The translations under genes were made by a program, and so were the position numbers. 64,000 bases of DNA from Thermoplasmatota archaeon (lineage in GTDB: Archaea; Thermoplasmatota; E2; DHVEG-1), in NCBI GenBank assembly GCA_041550515.1, contig JBFEOQ010000001.1, forward strand, positions 50,998-114,997. The letters are read 5' to 3'. This document shows positions 1 through 8,662 of the stretch, piece after piece; position 1 is the first letter of the stretch, and each line of letters begins with the position of its first letter. The notes beneath the pieces are model-generated. The model saw nothing but the letters and a program-made list of their open reading frames with translations. It searched no databases and was not told the DNA's origin.

Positions 1-265
1 AATAACTAAAAATAGATTAAATATAATCGAAAAAGCAGAAGATGTTTTACTTTCTCTTGGTATAAAACAATTTCGTGTTCGTTTCCATAGTGAAATTGCA
101 AGAATTGAAGTTAAAAAGAATGATTTTTTAATTATTTTAAATAATTCAGAAATAATTGGTAAAAAATTTAAAGAAATTGGATTTAAATACATTACTCTCG
201 ATATCGAAGGATTTAGAAGTGGAAGTATGAATGAGGTCCTAAACCTACCAAATATCACAGGTTAA
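1..265 (+). CDS. larE: C-terminal fragment of LarE-like PP-loop ATP-dependent sulfur transferase (5' end is outside the window)
   Basis: Frame-2 translation ...GIKQFRVRFHSEIARIEVKKNDF...GFKYITLDIEGFRSGSMNEV, ending at TAA 263-265. The RVR-H...ARIE tail is typical of the TIGR00268/LarE family. It lies directly upstream of larB and larC. Confidence 0.5.
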   Translation, partial: ITKNRLNIIEKAEDVLLSLGIKQFRVRFHSEIARIEVKKNDFLIILNNSEIIGKKFKEIGFKYITLDIEGFRSGSMNEVLNLPNITG

Positions 266-285
266 ACAGATTTTTGGAGAAAAAT

Positions 286-1014
286 ATGGAAGAAAAATTA
301 ATAAATTTTAAAAATGGTAAAATCAGTCTCAAAGAAATTTTAGAAGAAATAAAAAAACTACCATATGAAGATCTTGGTTTTGCTAAAATTGACAAGCACA
401 GAAAAATTAGAAAAGGTTTTCCTGAAACAGTTTTTTGTAAAGGAAAAACATTAAAACAAATAATTAAAATTATTGAAAATAAAAATAAAGAAAAACATAA
501 TATTCTTGCTACAAAAGCAAATGAAAAAATTTTTAAAGCAGTGAAAAAAAAGTTTCCAAAAGCAGAATATAACAATTATGCTAAGATGATCATTATTAAA
601 AAAGAAAAAATAAAACCTAAAAAAGGAAAAATACTAATTATTACTGCAGGAACATCAGATATTCCTATTGCTGAGGAAGCAACAGTTACAGCAGAACTTA
701 TGGGAAATAAGATAGAAAAAGTATACGACGTTGGAGTGGCAGGTGTACACAGATTATTAGATATAAAAGAAAAAATTTTTGAAGCAAATGTTATAATTGT
801 AATCGCAGGGATGGAAGGAGCATTAGCTAGTATAGTTGGGGGACTAACATCAAAACCAGTGATCGCTGTTCCGACAAGCGTTGGTTATGGTGCAAATTTT
901 AAGGGAATTGCGCCATTACTTACAATGATGAATTGCTGTGCAGAAGGTGTAGTCGTTGTAAATATAGATAACGGCTTTGGTGCAGGATATTTTGCTAGTT
1001 TAATTAATAGGTGA
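286..1014 (+). CDS. larB: LarB, PurE-like carboxylase/hydrolase of nickel-pincer nucleotide cofactor biosynthesis
   Basis: PurE-like core: ILIITAGTSDIPIAEEA, VIIVIAGMEGALASIVGG, PVIAVPTSVGYG. N-terminal extension is typical of LarB. The ORF track starts at TTG 274; the ATG at 286 is the more likely start. Confidence 0.75.
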   Translation: MEEKLINFKNGKISLKEILEEIKKLPYEDLGFAKIDKHRKIRKGFPETVFCKGKTLKQIIKIIENKNKEKHNILATKANEKIFKAVKKKFPKAEYNNYAKMIIIKKEKIKPKKGKILIITAGTSDIPIAEEATVTAELMGNKIEKVYDVGVAGVHRLLDIKEKIFEANVIIVIAGMEGALASIVGGLTSKPVIAVPTSVGYGANFKGIAPLLTMMNCCAEGVVVVNIDNGFGAGYFASLINR

Positions 1015-1018
1015 ATTT

Positions 1019-1756
1019 ATGAATATAGCTTATTTTGATTGTTTTTCTGGTATAGCAGGGGATATGATACTTGGTGCATTAATTGATCTAGGGGTAGATA
1101 TAGAGTTTTTAAAAAAAGAATTAAAAAAAATTAATTTATCTGGTTATAACATTAATGTCAAAAAAGTTGAAAAAAACCATATATCAGGAAGCGATGTATA
1201 CATAAAAGTTGAGAAATCCCAACAATACAGAAGTTACAGTGATATTAAAGAGCTTATAAAAAGTAGTTCTCTGGATAATGAAATAAAAAAAAATAGTATA
1301 AAGATTTTCCATAAATTAGCTCAAGTTGAAGGTAAAATACATAGTATTCCAACTGATAAAGTACATTTTCATGAAATAGGAGCCATTGATTCAATAATTG
1401 ATATAGTTGGAGCAATCATTTGTATAACAAAATTAGATTTAAAAGAAATATATTGCTCTCCTCTACCACTTGGAAAAGGGTTTGTCAAATGTGCCCATGG
1501 TCTATTACCAATTCCTGCACCTGCAACAGTAGAAATATTGAAAAATATACCTGTTTATCAAACTAATAGGAAACAAGAGCTTGTCACACCAACAGGAGCT
1601 GCAATTATTACAACAATTACTAAACAATTTGGTGAAAGTCCATCCATGAAAATTAATAAAATAGGGTATGGTGCAGGTAAAACAAAAAGTATATACCCAA
1701 ATTTGTTAAGAATTCTTATAGGTAAAAAAGAAAATATAAAAAAGGAAAAAAATTAA
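1019..1756 (+). CDS. larC: LarC N-terminal (DUF111) domain protein, nickel-insertion component; C-terminal CTP-binding domain is absent
   Basis: MNIAYFDCFSGIAGDM...HEIGAIDSIIDIVG...TPTGAAI motifs of the LarC/DUF111 N-domain. Only 245 aa against about 400+ for full LarC. No LarC2-like ORF follows. Confidence 0.7.
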   Translation: MNIAYFDCFSGIAGDMILGALIDLGVDIEFLKKELKKINLSGYNINVKKVEKNHISGSDVYIKVEKSQQYRSYSDIKELIKSSSLDNEIKKNSIKIFHKLAQVEGKIHSIPTDKVHFHEIGAIDSIIDIVGAIICITKLDLKEIYCSPLPLGKGFVKCAHGLLPIPAPATVEILKNIPVYQTNRKQELVTPTGAAIITTITKQFGESPSMKINKIGYGAGKTKSIYPNLLRILIGKKENIKKEKN

Positions 1757-1758
1757 TT

Positions 1759-2061
1759 TTAGAATTTTACTAATTTATTAATTTTTGATTTATCTATTGT
1801 TACAAATATTTTCCATATAATAAATATTGCTGTTGTTATTACAACACCTATTAAAATATCCATGTAAATATTTTCTCCAATAAAAAATAATTCACCGTTC
1901 CACCAGTGATCAACCATGCCAAATATTGCGGCTCCTACTAATAAAAGATTTAGCCACAGATGATGTACATTATTTTTCAAAGATGTTGTATTTTTTCTCA
2001 TTATCCCATGGATAATTGCAACAGCGGTTGGTACAACATAACAAACCATTTTATTATTCAA
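1759..2061 (-). CDS. small membrane protein (3 predicted TM) with His/Trp motifs, divergent from nikR
   Basis: 100 aa and hydrophobic. Motifs HHLW and DHWWNGE. Shares the 2062-2172 intergenic region with nikR. Confidence 0.4.
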   Translation of the reverse strand: MNNKMVCYVVPTAVAIIHGIMRKNTTSLKNNVHHLWLNLLLVGAAIFGMVDHWWNGELFFIGENIYMDILIGVVITTAIFIIWKIFVTIDKSKINKLVKF

Positions 2062-2122
2062 CCTCCTATAATATAATTATATTTTTCTCAGGGTATCTAT
2101 ATAGATCAATTAATAGTTTTTG

Positions 2123-2171
2123 GTAACACAAATTATAAATTCGTGCTACGAATACTATTAAAAAGTGTTAC
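2123..2171. promoter_or_regulatory. candidate nikR promoter/operator: TATA-like ttataaat (2133-2140) inside nested inverted repeats
   Basis: GTAACAC at 2123-2129 pairs with GTGTTAC at 2165-2171. An inner perfect palindrome ATTCG-tgcta-CGAAT lies at 2139-2153. The TATA box sits about 35 nt upstream of the ATG at 2173. Confidence 0.3.
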
Positions 2172-2172
2172 T

Positions 2173-2586
2173 ATGAAAGAAAAAATAACCAGATTTGGTG
2201 TAAGTATAGAATTAGAACTACTTAATAAATTTGATAAAATTATTAAAAAAGAAGGATACACTAACAGGAGTGAAAAAATTAGGGATTTAATAAGAAGAAA
2301 TCTAATTGACCAGAGTATAAAAGATCCTGCCTCAGAAGCAATAGGAACCCTCACCATATTATACGACCACCATACCAGCAATCTTACAAATAAATTAATT
2401 AACCTACAACATAAATATCATAATGAAATATTAACAAATACACATATACATATAGATCATCATAACTGTTTAGAAGTTTTAGTTTTAGAAGGTAAAACTG
2501 GAAAAATAAAGACACTTTCAGAAAAAATAATAGCCTTAAAAGGAATAAAAAATGGAGAGTTAGTAATTACAAAAAGTTCTACTTAG
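2173..2586 (+). CDS. nikR: nickel-responsive transcriptional regulator NikR (ribbon-helix-helix plus C-terminal metal-binding domain)
   Basis: N-terminus MKEKITRFGVSIELELLNKFDKII is an RHH fold. The C-domain carries H/C ligand candidates (HHTSN, HIHIDHHNC). ORF track starts at 2143; the NikR-typical start is the ATG at 2173. Confidence 0.75.
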   Translation: MKEKITRFGVSIELELLNKFDKIIKKEGYTNRSEKIRDLIRRNLIDQSIKDPASEAIGTLTILYDHHTSNLTNKLINLQHKYHNEILTNTHIHIDHHNCLEVLVLEGKTGKIKTLSEKIIALKGIKNGELVITKSST

Positions 2587-2806
2587 CAGCTTTTTCAACT
2601 ACTTCATTTAACTCTTTTACAAATCGATTAGCATCAATTCCATGAACGTTGGTTATATCACTTATTTTTTCAAAACTAGCAGCGATACAACCGATACAAC
2701 CCATATTATACTTCTGAAAAACAGAAATAACCTCAGGATGTTTTTCAATAACCTCACTTATATTCATATCCACTGTTATTTTTTCATTTGACATATTAAT
2801 TTTCAC
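2579..2806 (-). CDS. DUF1858-type small redox-disulfide (CxxC) protein
   Basis: 75 aa: EVIEKHPEVISVFQKYNMGCIGC...HGID...LNEV. Matches the DUF1858 / hybrid-cluster-protein-associated redox disulfide family pattern. Confidence 0.5.
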   Translation of the reverse strand: MKINMSNEKITVDMNISEVIEKHPEVISVFQKYNMGCIGCIAASFEKISDITNVHGIDANRFVKELNEVVEKAAK

Positions 2807-3064
2807 CTTGATTTAACAATTGTTACTATATATGAACTATATGAATAAAAACTATAAAAAATTTTGTAGGGAGAAAATCCGGATGGAGCAATTAGCTAAT
2901 GAAAATGAAACATTAGAATAACCATCCGGTTTATACAAACTCTTAAAATATTATTTTTTTCTGAATATTTAAAGAAAAGCAGAAGATAATTGTAAGTATT
3001 AAAAATTTTAATAATACTAAAAAAAGGTAAAAATGAAATTAGATGGTTAGATTAATAATAAAAT

Positions 3065-3481
3065 TTATATGTCAAATAAAACTTGAACTCTACAAAACTT
3101 ATTCTTTTTAACCTCAAGCATATGATAAGTAACAGCCTTAATTTCAGCACCAATTTTATGCTTAGATAGGTTAAATCTTTCCCCATAAAACGTACCTTTT
3201 AAACTATTATTAAATTCATCAACATCTATTTTAAAAAAACCAAAAACTAAGTTATTTGCACTATGAAGATATAAAAGTTCAGAAAGAAAATCAACAAGCA
3301 ACTGCTCAAGATCATATGCAGATAGTTCAATATTATATTGACCCGTACTTTCCACTTCAGAATTATCTGTAATAATATCAAACATTCCTTTAGCAGCATT
3401 TTCAAAGGCTTCAGAAAGTGTTTTACCATAGGCTTTTACCCCTGCATCTGCAGTATGATCAATTAAATCATATTTTTTCAT
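3065..3481 (-). CDS. archease (RtcB ligase cofactor)
   Basis: MKKYDLIDHTADAGVKAYGKTLSEAFENAAKGMFDII is the canonical archease N-terminus. Start taken at the internal Met at 3481. Confidence 0.8.
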   Translation of the reverse strand: MKKYDLIDHTADAGVKAYGKTLSEAFENAAKGMFDIITDNSEVESTGQYNIELSAYDLEQLLVDFLSELLYLHSANNLVFGFFKIDVDEFNNSLKGTFYGERFNLSKHKIGAEIKAVTYHMLEVKKNKFCRVQVLFDI

Positions 3482-3543
3482 ATAAAAACTCTCATTTTTA
3501 AAAATATTAGTAATAATAAACATCTAACTAAACATATAGTTTT

Positions 3544-3909
3544 TCAAATTTCTAAATATTTTAAACTATGTAACTGACTTATAAATAAAAACAATCGTTG
3601 ATCTATATTTTTTTCATCTGGAAACTCTTTTTGTAATATTTCTAAAATTTTCTTTACTGTATTAACACCATTACAATTTTGCCAAACAATACTACCAACT
3701 TTATCCATATTGCCAATAAAAAAATTATCTTTTTTAATTATACAACAAAAAGATTTTCCAAAGTTACTTTTAAACTTTGGAATTTTTATTTCAACAAGAC
3801 CATTATTAATCTTCCAGTCCAAATCAATCCTTTTAGGCGTAAATTTTAGGAATTCTTCTTCTGTTGGAATTAATGATTTCTTATTTTTACTATTTTTTAT
3901 CACTTGCAA
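3544..3909 (-). CDS. PqqD-like small protein (possible RiPP-recognition-element fold)
   Basis: 121 aa. Central GSIVWQNCNGVNTVKKILEIL resembles the PqqD family. Weak call. Confidence 0.35.
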   Translation of the reverse strand: MQVIKNSKNKKSLIPTEEEFLKFTPKRIDLDWKINNGLVEIKIPKFKSNFGKSFCCIIKKDNFFIGNMDKVGSIVWQNCNGVNTVKKILEILQKEFPDEKNIDQRLFLFISQLHSLKYLEI

Positions 3910-5929
3910 AGATTTCCCTCAGTGGAATGTAAGCAAGAAGCACTGCTACAAACAAAAATACTAATATACTTGGAAGTATCGGTGGGAAATTAAATATTGA
4001 AAGATCAATTCCACCAATTATTAGGAAAGCAACAATTACACCCATAAGTGCTTCTCCAGCGATTAAACCTGCTGTTAGAAGTAAACCACTTCTTATAATC
4101 TTTTCCTTTGGTTTAACATCAGTTTGTTTAATTGCAAGCTCCCAATCACTAATTTCCTCTTCTTCGGCACTGCCATATTTCCTGGAGATAACTCTGTTTG
4201 TAAAATGTCTTACTATCCCACCAAAGAAAATTGGAACACTTAAAGTAAATGGTAAATATATGCCTATTGCCACTGGTAAAACAGGTAAATCTATTAAAAT
4301 CAAAACAAATGCAAGAACAGCTCCAGCAAGAACAAATGGCCAGACCATACCACCGCCAAGTACTCCTTGAACAATACCACTCATGAGGAATGCTTGTGGA
4401 GCAGGTAAATTAGTACTACCAATCTTATATGCTTGATTTAATGCAGATACTACCAATGCAAGAACTGGCGCTGCTGCGAGAACTCCAACAAGTTCTGCAA
4501 TCTGCTGGTTTCTAGGTGTTGCACCTATCATTTGACCACAAGTCATAGATTGAAGTACGTCTCCAGAAATAGCAGCTGCACAACAAATAATTGCTGCAAT
4601 AAGAATTGCTATTCCATATGCCCCAACATTACCAGAAAGACCAAAACCAAGCAAAATAAGGGATGTTATTAGAAGTACTGAAACCGTTACACCACTTATT
4701 GGGTTATTTGAACTACCAAGGAGTCCTGCCATATATCCAGCGATAGCACTAGCAATAAAAGCAAATAATATTGCAAATACTGCCATTACTCCAGATATAA
4801 CCCATTCACTTGAAATATAACCATAAAGCAAAAACACAGGTATAGTAAGTGCACCTATTGCTAGAAATACTAGTTTAAAGTTTAAATCTTGATCGGTACG
4901 TTTTTTAACAGATCCGCCCCCACTTTTTAATCCAATAACTGCTTCTTTTATACCTTCTGAAAGATTTGAGCGAAGTTTAAAAATTGTATAAAGACCACCT
5001 ACAACCATTGCACCTACACCTATGTAGCGAATGTATGTACCCCAAATGTTAAAGAAACCCCAAATTTTAGTACCAAGTTCTAGATTACCCGCTCCAAGAC
5101 CTAGAACATCCTTTAAAATCTCTGGATTTCCTAAATCTGGTGATGGTAAACCAGTTGCTAGAGCAATAAGTGGTGCAAGAATAACCCATCCAATAAGACC
5201 TCCAACAAAAACAAAAGATGCTATTCTAGGTCCTATAATCCATCCTACACCTAGAAGTGCAGGCGATGTTGCAATACCACCATATAAAACAGCATCTTTT
5301 TCACCTCCACCTATATTGTATTTACCAATGTTTAGAAGACCATGAATTTGACCTGCTAAAGATTTTAAACCTACTTGTGCAAATTTAAAAAGACCTGCAA
5401 CTGCAACACCAATAACGAGCCAAATACCACTAGTAGATTTTTCTTCTGTTGCCGTTTCACCACCAACAGTCGTAGTTAGCACAGCTGCTACAGCTACACC
5501 TTCAGGAAAAGGTAAATCAGTTTTTATAATAAGTGCACGTCGCAGAGGTATCATCCAAAGAACGCCAAGAATACCTCCCAATAGCGCAATAATAGTTGTT
5601 TCAAAATATTGAATCTCAGTCCAGGTTCCAAGAATAACAAGAGCGGGGATAGTAAAAATAACACCTGCAGCAAGTGCTTCACCAGCAGCAGCACCCATCA
5701 TTCCAATATTTACTTCAAGGATAGTACCTTTAAAGGGTTTAAGAAATGCAAAAGCCATAACTGCTCCAGGAATTACCGCTGAAACTGTCATACCAGCATA
5801 TAAACCCAAGTATGCATTAGCAGCGCCCAGAACTATTGCTAAAACAGCTCCAACTAGCATTGCTTTAATCGTTAATTCAGGTATTTTTTTTGCTGCTGGA
5901 ATAAAAGATTTGAAATCTTCGCGCGACAT
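3890..5929 (-). CDS. OPT-family oligopeptide transporter
   Basis: 679 aa polytopic membrane protein with Gly-rich helices throughout; pattern typical of the OPT superfamily. Confidence 0.75.
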   Translation of the reverse strand: MSREDFKSFIPAAKKIPELTIKAMLVGAVLAIVLGAANAYLGLYAGMTVSAVIPGAVMAFAFLKPFKGTILEVNIGMMGAAAGEALAAGVIFTIPALVILGTWTEIQYFETTIIALLGGILGVLWMIPLRRALIIKTDLPFPEGVAVAAVLTTTVGGETATEEKSTSGIWLVIGVAVAGLFKFAQVGLKSLAGQIHGLLNIGKYNIGGGEKDAVLYGGIATSPALLGVGWIIGPRIASFVFVGGLIGWVILAPLIALATGLPSPDLGNPEILKDVLGLGAGNLELGTKIWGFFNIWGTYIRYIGVGAMVVGGLYTIFKLRSNLSEGIKEAVIGLKSGGGSVKKRTDQDLNFKLVFLAIGALTIPVFLLYGYISSEWVISGVMAVFAILFAFIASAIAGYMAGLLGSSNNPISGVTVSVLLITSLILLGFGLSGNVGAYGIAILIAAIICCAAAISGDVLQSMTCGQMIGATPRNQQIAELVGVLAAAPVLALVVSALNQAYKIGSTNLPAPQAFLMSGIVQGVLGGGMVWPFVLAGAVLAFVLILIDLPVLPVAIGIYLPFTLSVPIFFGGIVRHFTNRVISRKYGSAEEEEISDWELAIKQTDVKPKEKIIRSGLLLTAGLIAGEALMGVIVAFLIIGGIDLSIFNFPPILPSILVFLFVAVLLAYIPLREIFASDKK

Positions 5930-6043
5930 ATTGAAATCCTATGGATATTAATATTGAGTATTATTTATATAACTATCGGTTTAAATTAATTAATTTATTC
6001 ATTTATCTATATTAATTTTTTTTAAAAATATTTTTTTATATAT

Positions 6044-7291
6044 TTAGTTTTCAAGTGGATAACGAAGAATTCCTGCAATTCCATTAAAAGCAGAATATAG
6101 TGAATCCCCTTCTTCACTACTAGAAGATATAATTTCAACCATTGAACTAGTTTTTTCAGCTAAATCAGAAAACTCGTCAATAAGATCTATTTTATCTTCT
6201 ATCTCCATTTTCATTTGATTACTACATTTAGAACAATTTGGTGTATTAAATTCCTCTAGATCATCTTCAGAAATAGTCCTCCACTCAAAATAATTACAAG
6301 TTGAGCAAACAAGCTTTACTCTAAATTTACGCAAATTTTCAGAAAGAAGAAGTATATCAACTGCACCGATTTCAAGTGCTTTACGAGTCTCTGATTCGCC
6401 ATAAACTGCAAGACTATCCTTTGTTTTAGTAACCTCTTTAAGAAAACGTTTCATAATTTTTTTTTCCGAAGAAATCTTAAGAGAAGTCATAGTTTCAGAA
6501 GCAGTACTAACAAGTTCCCTAAGTCCAAATTCATCAGTGTAACCAGTATCAAATGTATTAATTATTTTATTCTGAATTTCATAATGAAGATAACTTTCTT
6601 CAACAAAATAATGTTTAGTAGGGCCGGGACCACCAACTAAAATTCCTTTAATGTTTTCCTCTTGCATAAAAATTTCACTTGCGGTTTCACCACATTTTAC
6701 AAACCATTCATGAGCTGCGATCTCAGTCAGACGTTCAAAACGACGCTGAGATTGTCCGCCGCGACCATGCTTACCCGGAACCTGACTGGTCATATATTTC
6801 AAAAGTTGAACATGGTTTCCCTTCAAGATACCAATAGTACATTCACGACGATCTAAAAGAAGTAAACCATATATTTCTTTTTCAACAAGTAGAGATTCTA
6901 ACGGTTCAATATAAAACTTTGAGTCACAACGATAAAGAAAAATAGTTATTGGTTGTGGTGGTTCAATAATATACGCAACCATCTCAGTTTTATCTGCACT
7001 GATACCTTTATGACCAACAAAAAAAACAATACCATTCTCAGGGGGTTGTTTAAAATTTTTAAGCCTACTCATAATAGACTCAATTGCGGAGAGAACATTT
7101 TTCATTGTAGTTTTGGATTTAATATTCTGAGATTGTGAATATTCATTACGTAGATAAGCCACAACATCATAAATTTGCTTACTTGGTGGTATATACAATG
7201 ATATAAGTTCAGTATGACGTCCTTTGCATGCTTTAAGCTCCTCAAGTTTTCGCTTCAGATCATATTTCTGCCGTTGCGTCATCTCGGTCAT
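6044..7291 (-). CDS. prf1: peptide chain release factor aRF1
   Basis: 415 aa. Contains the GGQ motif (KHGRGGQSQRRFERL) and a NIKS-like region (SQSQNIKSKTT). Confidence 0.9.
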   Translation of the reverse strand: MTEMTQRQKYDLKRKLEELKACKGRHTELISLYIPPSKQIYDVVAYLRNEYSQSQNIKSKTTMKNVLSAIESIMSRLKNFKQPPENGIVFFVGHKGISADKTEMVAYIIEPPQPITIFLYRCDSKFYIEPLESLLVEKEIYGLLLLDRRECTIGILKGNHVQLLKYMTSQVPGKHGRGGQSQRRFERLTEIAAHEWFVKCGETASEIFMQEENIKGILVGGPGPTKHYFVEESYLHYEIQNKIINTFDTGYTDEFGLRELVSTASETMTSLKISSEKKIMKRFLKEVTKTKDSLAVYGESETRKALEIGAVDILLLSENLRKFRVKLVCSTCNYFEWRTISEDDLEEFNTPNCSKCSNQMKMEIEDKIDLIDEFSDLAEKTSSMVEIISSSSEEGDSLYSAFNGIAGILRYPLEN

Positions 7292-7367
7292 TTTTCGTAT
7301 TTCACCTTTATTTTCTAGTATTAATAATTATAAATAAAACAATAATATAAGTCTTATCAAAAATATG

Positions 7368-8615
7368 TTACAAGTTTACTATTTCTCCAGTCATAGGTTT
7401 AAAAACCTCGGCAAAGTCACTAAGAGGTTTAACTAATGCCTCGCGATTATCACTATGCATAACAACAATTTTTTCAGGTTTACATTTCTTAGCAAAATCT
7501 ATAAGTTCACTATGACCAGCATGTGCAGAGAGATCAAAATATTCAACCTCACAAAAAACTTTTTGTCTTACACCATAAAAACTTAGCATTTTATGATCAA
7601 ACAGAAGACGAGCATTACTCTCAGGAACTTGATAACCAGTTAAAAGAACAGCATTTTTTTTATCATCCTTAAGTTTATTCATATAACTTAAGATAGGTCC
7701 GCCATCCATCATACCACTAGATGTAAGAATGACTTCAGCTTTTTTCATAGCTAATTTTCTACCATGATCTGAATGAACCATGTTAATTTTATTAATCGCT
7801 TTCCGTAAATCATCAGATGATTTTAAAAAACGAGGATATTTTAAAAAAATTCTTGTAACTTTTTGACCCATACCATCAAACCAAACATTATAACCAGATT
7901 TTTTTAAAACCATTGCAATCTCTTGAGACCTAGAAACAGCAAACGCAGGAAGAATCGCAATACCTCCTCTTGCGATAACCTCATCCATCTTATCAAGCAT
8001 GCTCTTTTCAATTTCTTCTCTTTTTGCAGGATGATCACGTCCTGCATAAGTTCCTTCAAGAAATAAAATATCACATGAAACTGGTTTTGTTCCTTTTACA
8101 ATATTAGTATCGGTTGTATTAAAATCACCAGTGAAAAGAATTTTTTTATCACCTATTATCTCAAACATGATAGCCCCAGGTATATGACCTGCATCATGAA
8201 ATTTTACTTGATTTGAATCGCCTAGCTCTCTTGTTTGATTAGGATTGATAGGTGTTACCGCATGTTTTGCTTCTTTGACATCATTTGGGCTAAATGGTAT
8301 CGCATAACCTTCATTTTTTGCAATAGTTATACTATCTTTATGCAAAATATTTGCAACTTCTCCAGTTAATTTTGTTGTAAGAATTTTTTGATCATATCTA
8401 GAAAAAAGCCATGGTATCATACCAGAGTGATCAAGATGAGCGTGTGTAAGCATAACAATATCAACAGGATCAGATTGCATTGGAAAACTAGGTGGTTTAC
8501 CTGGAAGCATACCATATTCAAATAAAATTCTAACATCATCTAATTCTAAAATCATTGCTAATCTGCCAACTTCTTCACAACCTCCAAGAAATTGAATTTT
8601 AATACTGCCATTCAT
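7368..8615 (-). CDS. metallo-beta-lactamase/beta-CASP ribonuclease (short aCPSF2-like form)
   Basis: HAHLDHSG MBL motif, later D/H motifs, 415 aa and no KH domains. Confidence 0.65.
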   Translation of the reverse strand: MNGSIKIQFLGGCEEVGRLAMILELDDVRILFEYGMLPGKPPSFPMQSDPVDIVMLTHAHLDHSGMIPWLFSRYDQKILTTKLTGEVANILHKDSITIAKNEGYAIPFSPNDVKEAKHAVTPINPNQTRELGDSNQVKFHDAGHIPGAIMFEIIGDKKILFTGDFNTTDTNIVKGTKPVSCDILFLEGTYAGRDHPAKREEIEKSMLDKMDEVIARGGIAILPAFAVSRSQEIAMVLKKSGYNVWFDGMGQKVTRIFLKYPRFLKSSDDLRKAINKINMVHSDHGRKLAMKKAEVILTSSGMMDGGPILSYMNKLKDDKKNAVLLTGYQVPESNARLLFDHKMLSFYGVRQKVFCEVEYFDLSAHAGHSELIDFAKKCKPEKIVVMHSDNREALVKPLSDFAEVFKPMTGEIVNL

Positions 8616-8662
8616 CTTTTAATCCTGGACAGGGTATTTTACAAGAGTTGATTAATGTTTGG

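Noticed and set aside
2143-2172. Upstream ATG (2143) as nikR start
   Set aside because: NikR proteins begin right at the RHH strand (M-x-x-x-x-RFGVS). The extension MLRILLKSVT would run through the predicted TATA box and dyad, so the ATG at 2173 is preferred.
5031-5345. 104-aa + strand ORF inside the OPT transporter gene
   Set aside because: Lies entirely antisense to a well-supported 679-aa membrane-protein gene. Pro/Arg-rich low-complexity translation typical of a wrong frame.
3890-5929. Locally higher GC of the OPT transporter gene as a sign of horizontal transfer
   Set aside because: The protein is extremely Gly/Ala/Val/Leu-rich, which forces GC-richer codons. Flanking synteny and codon style otherwise match the neighbourhood.
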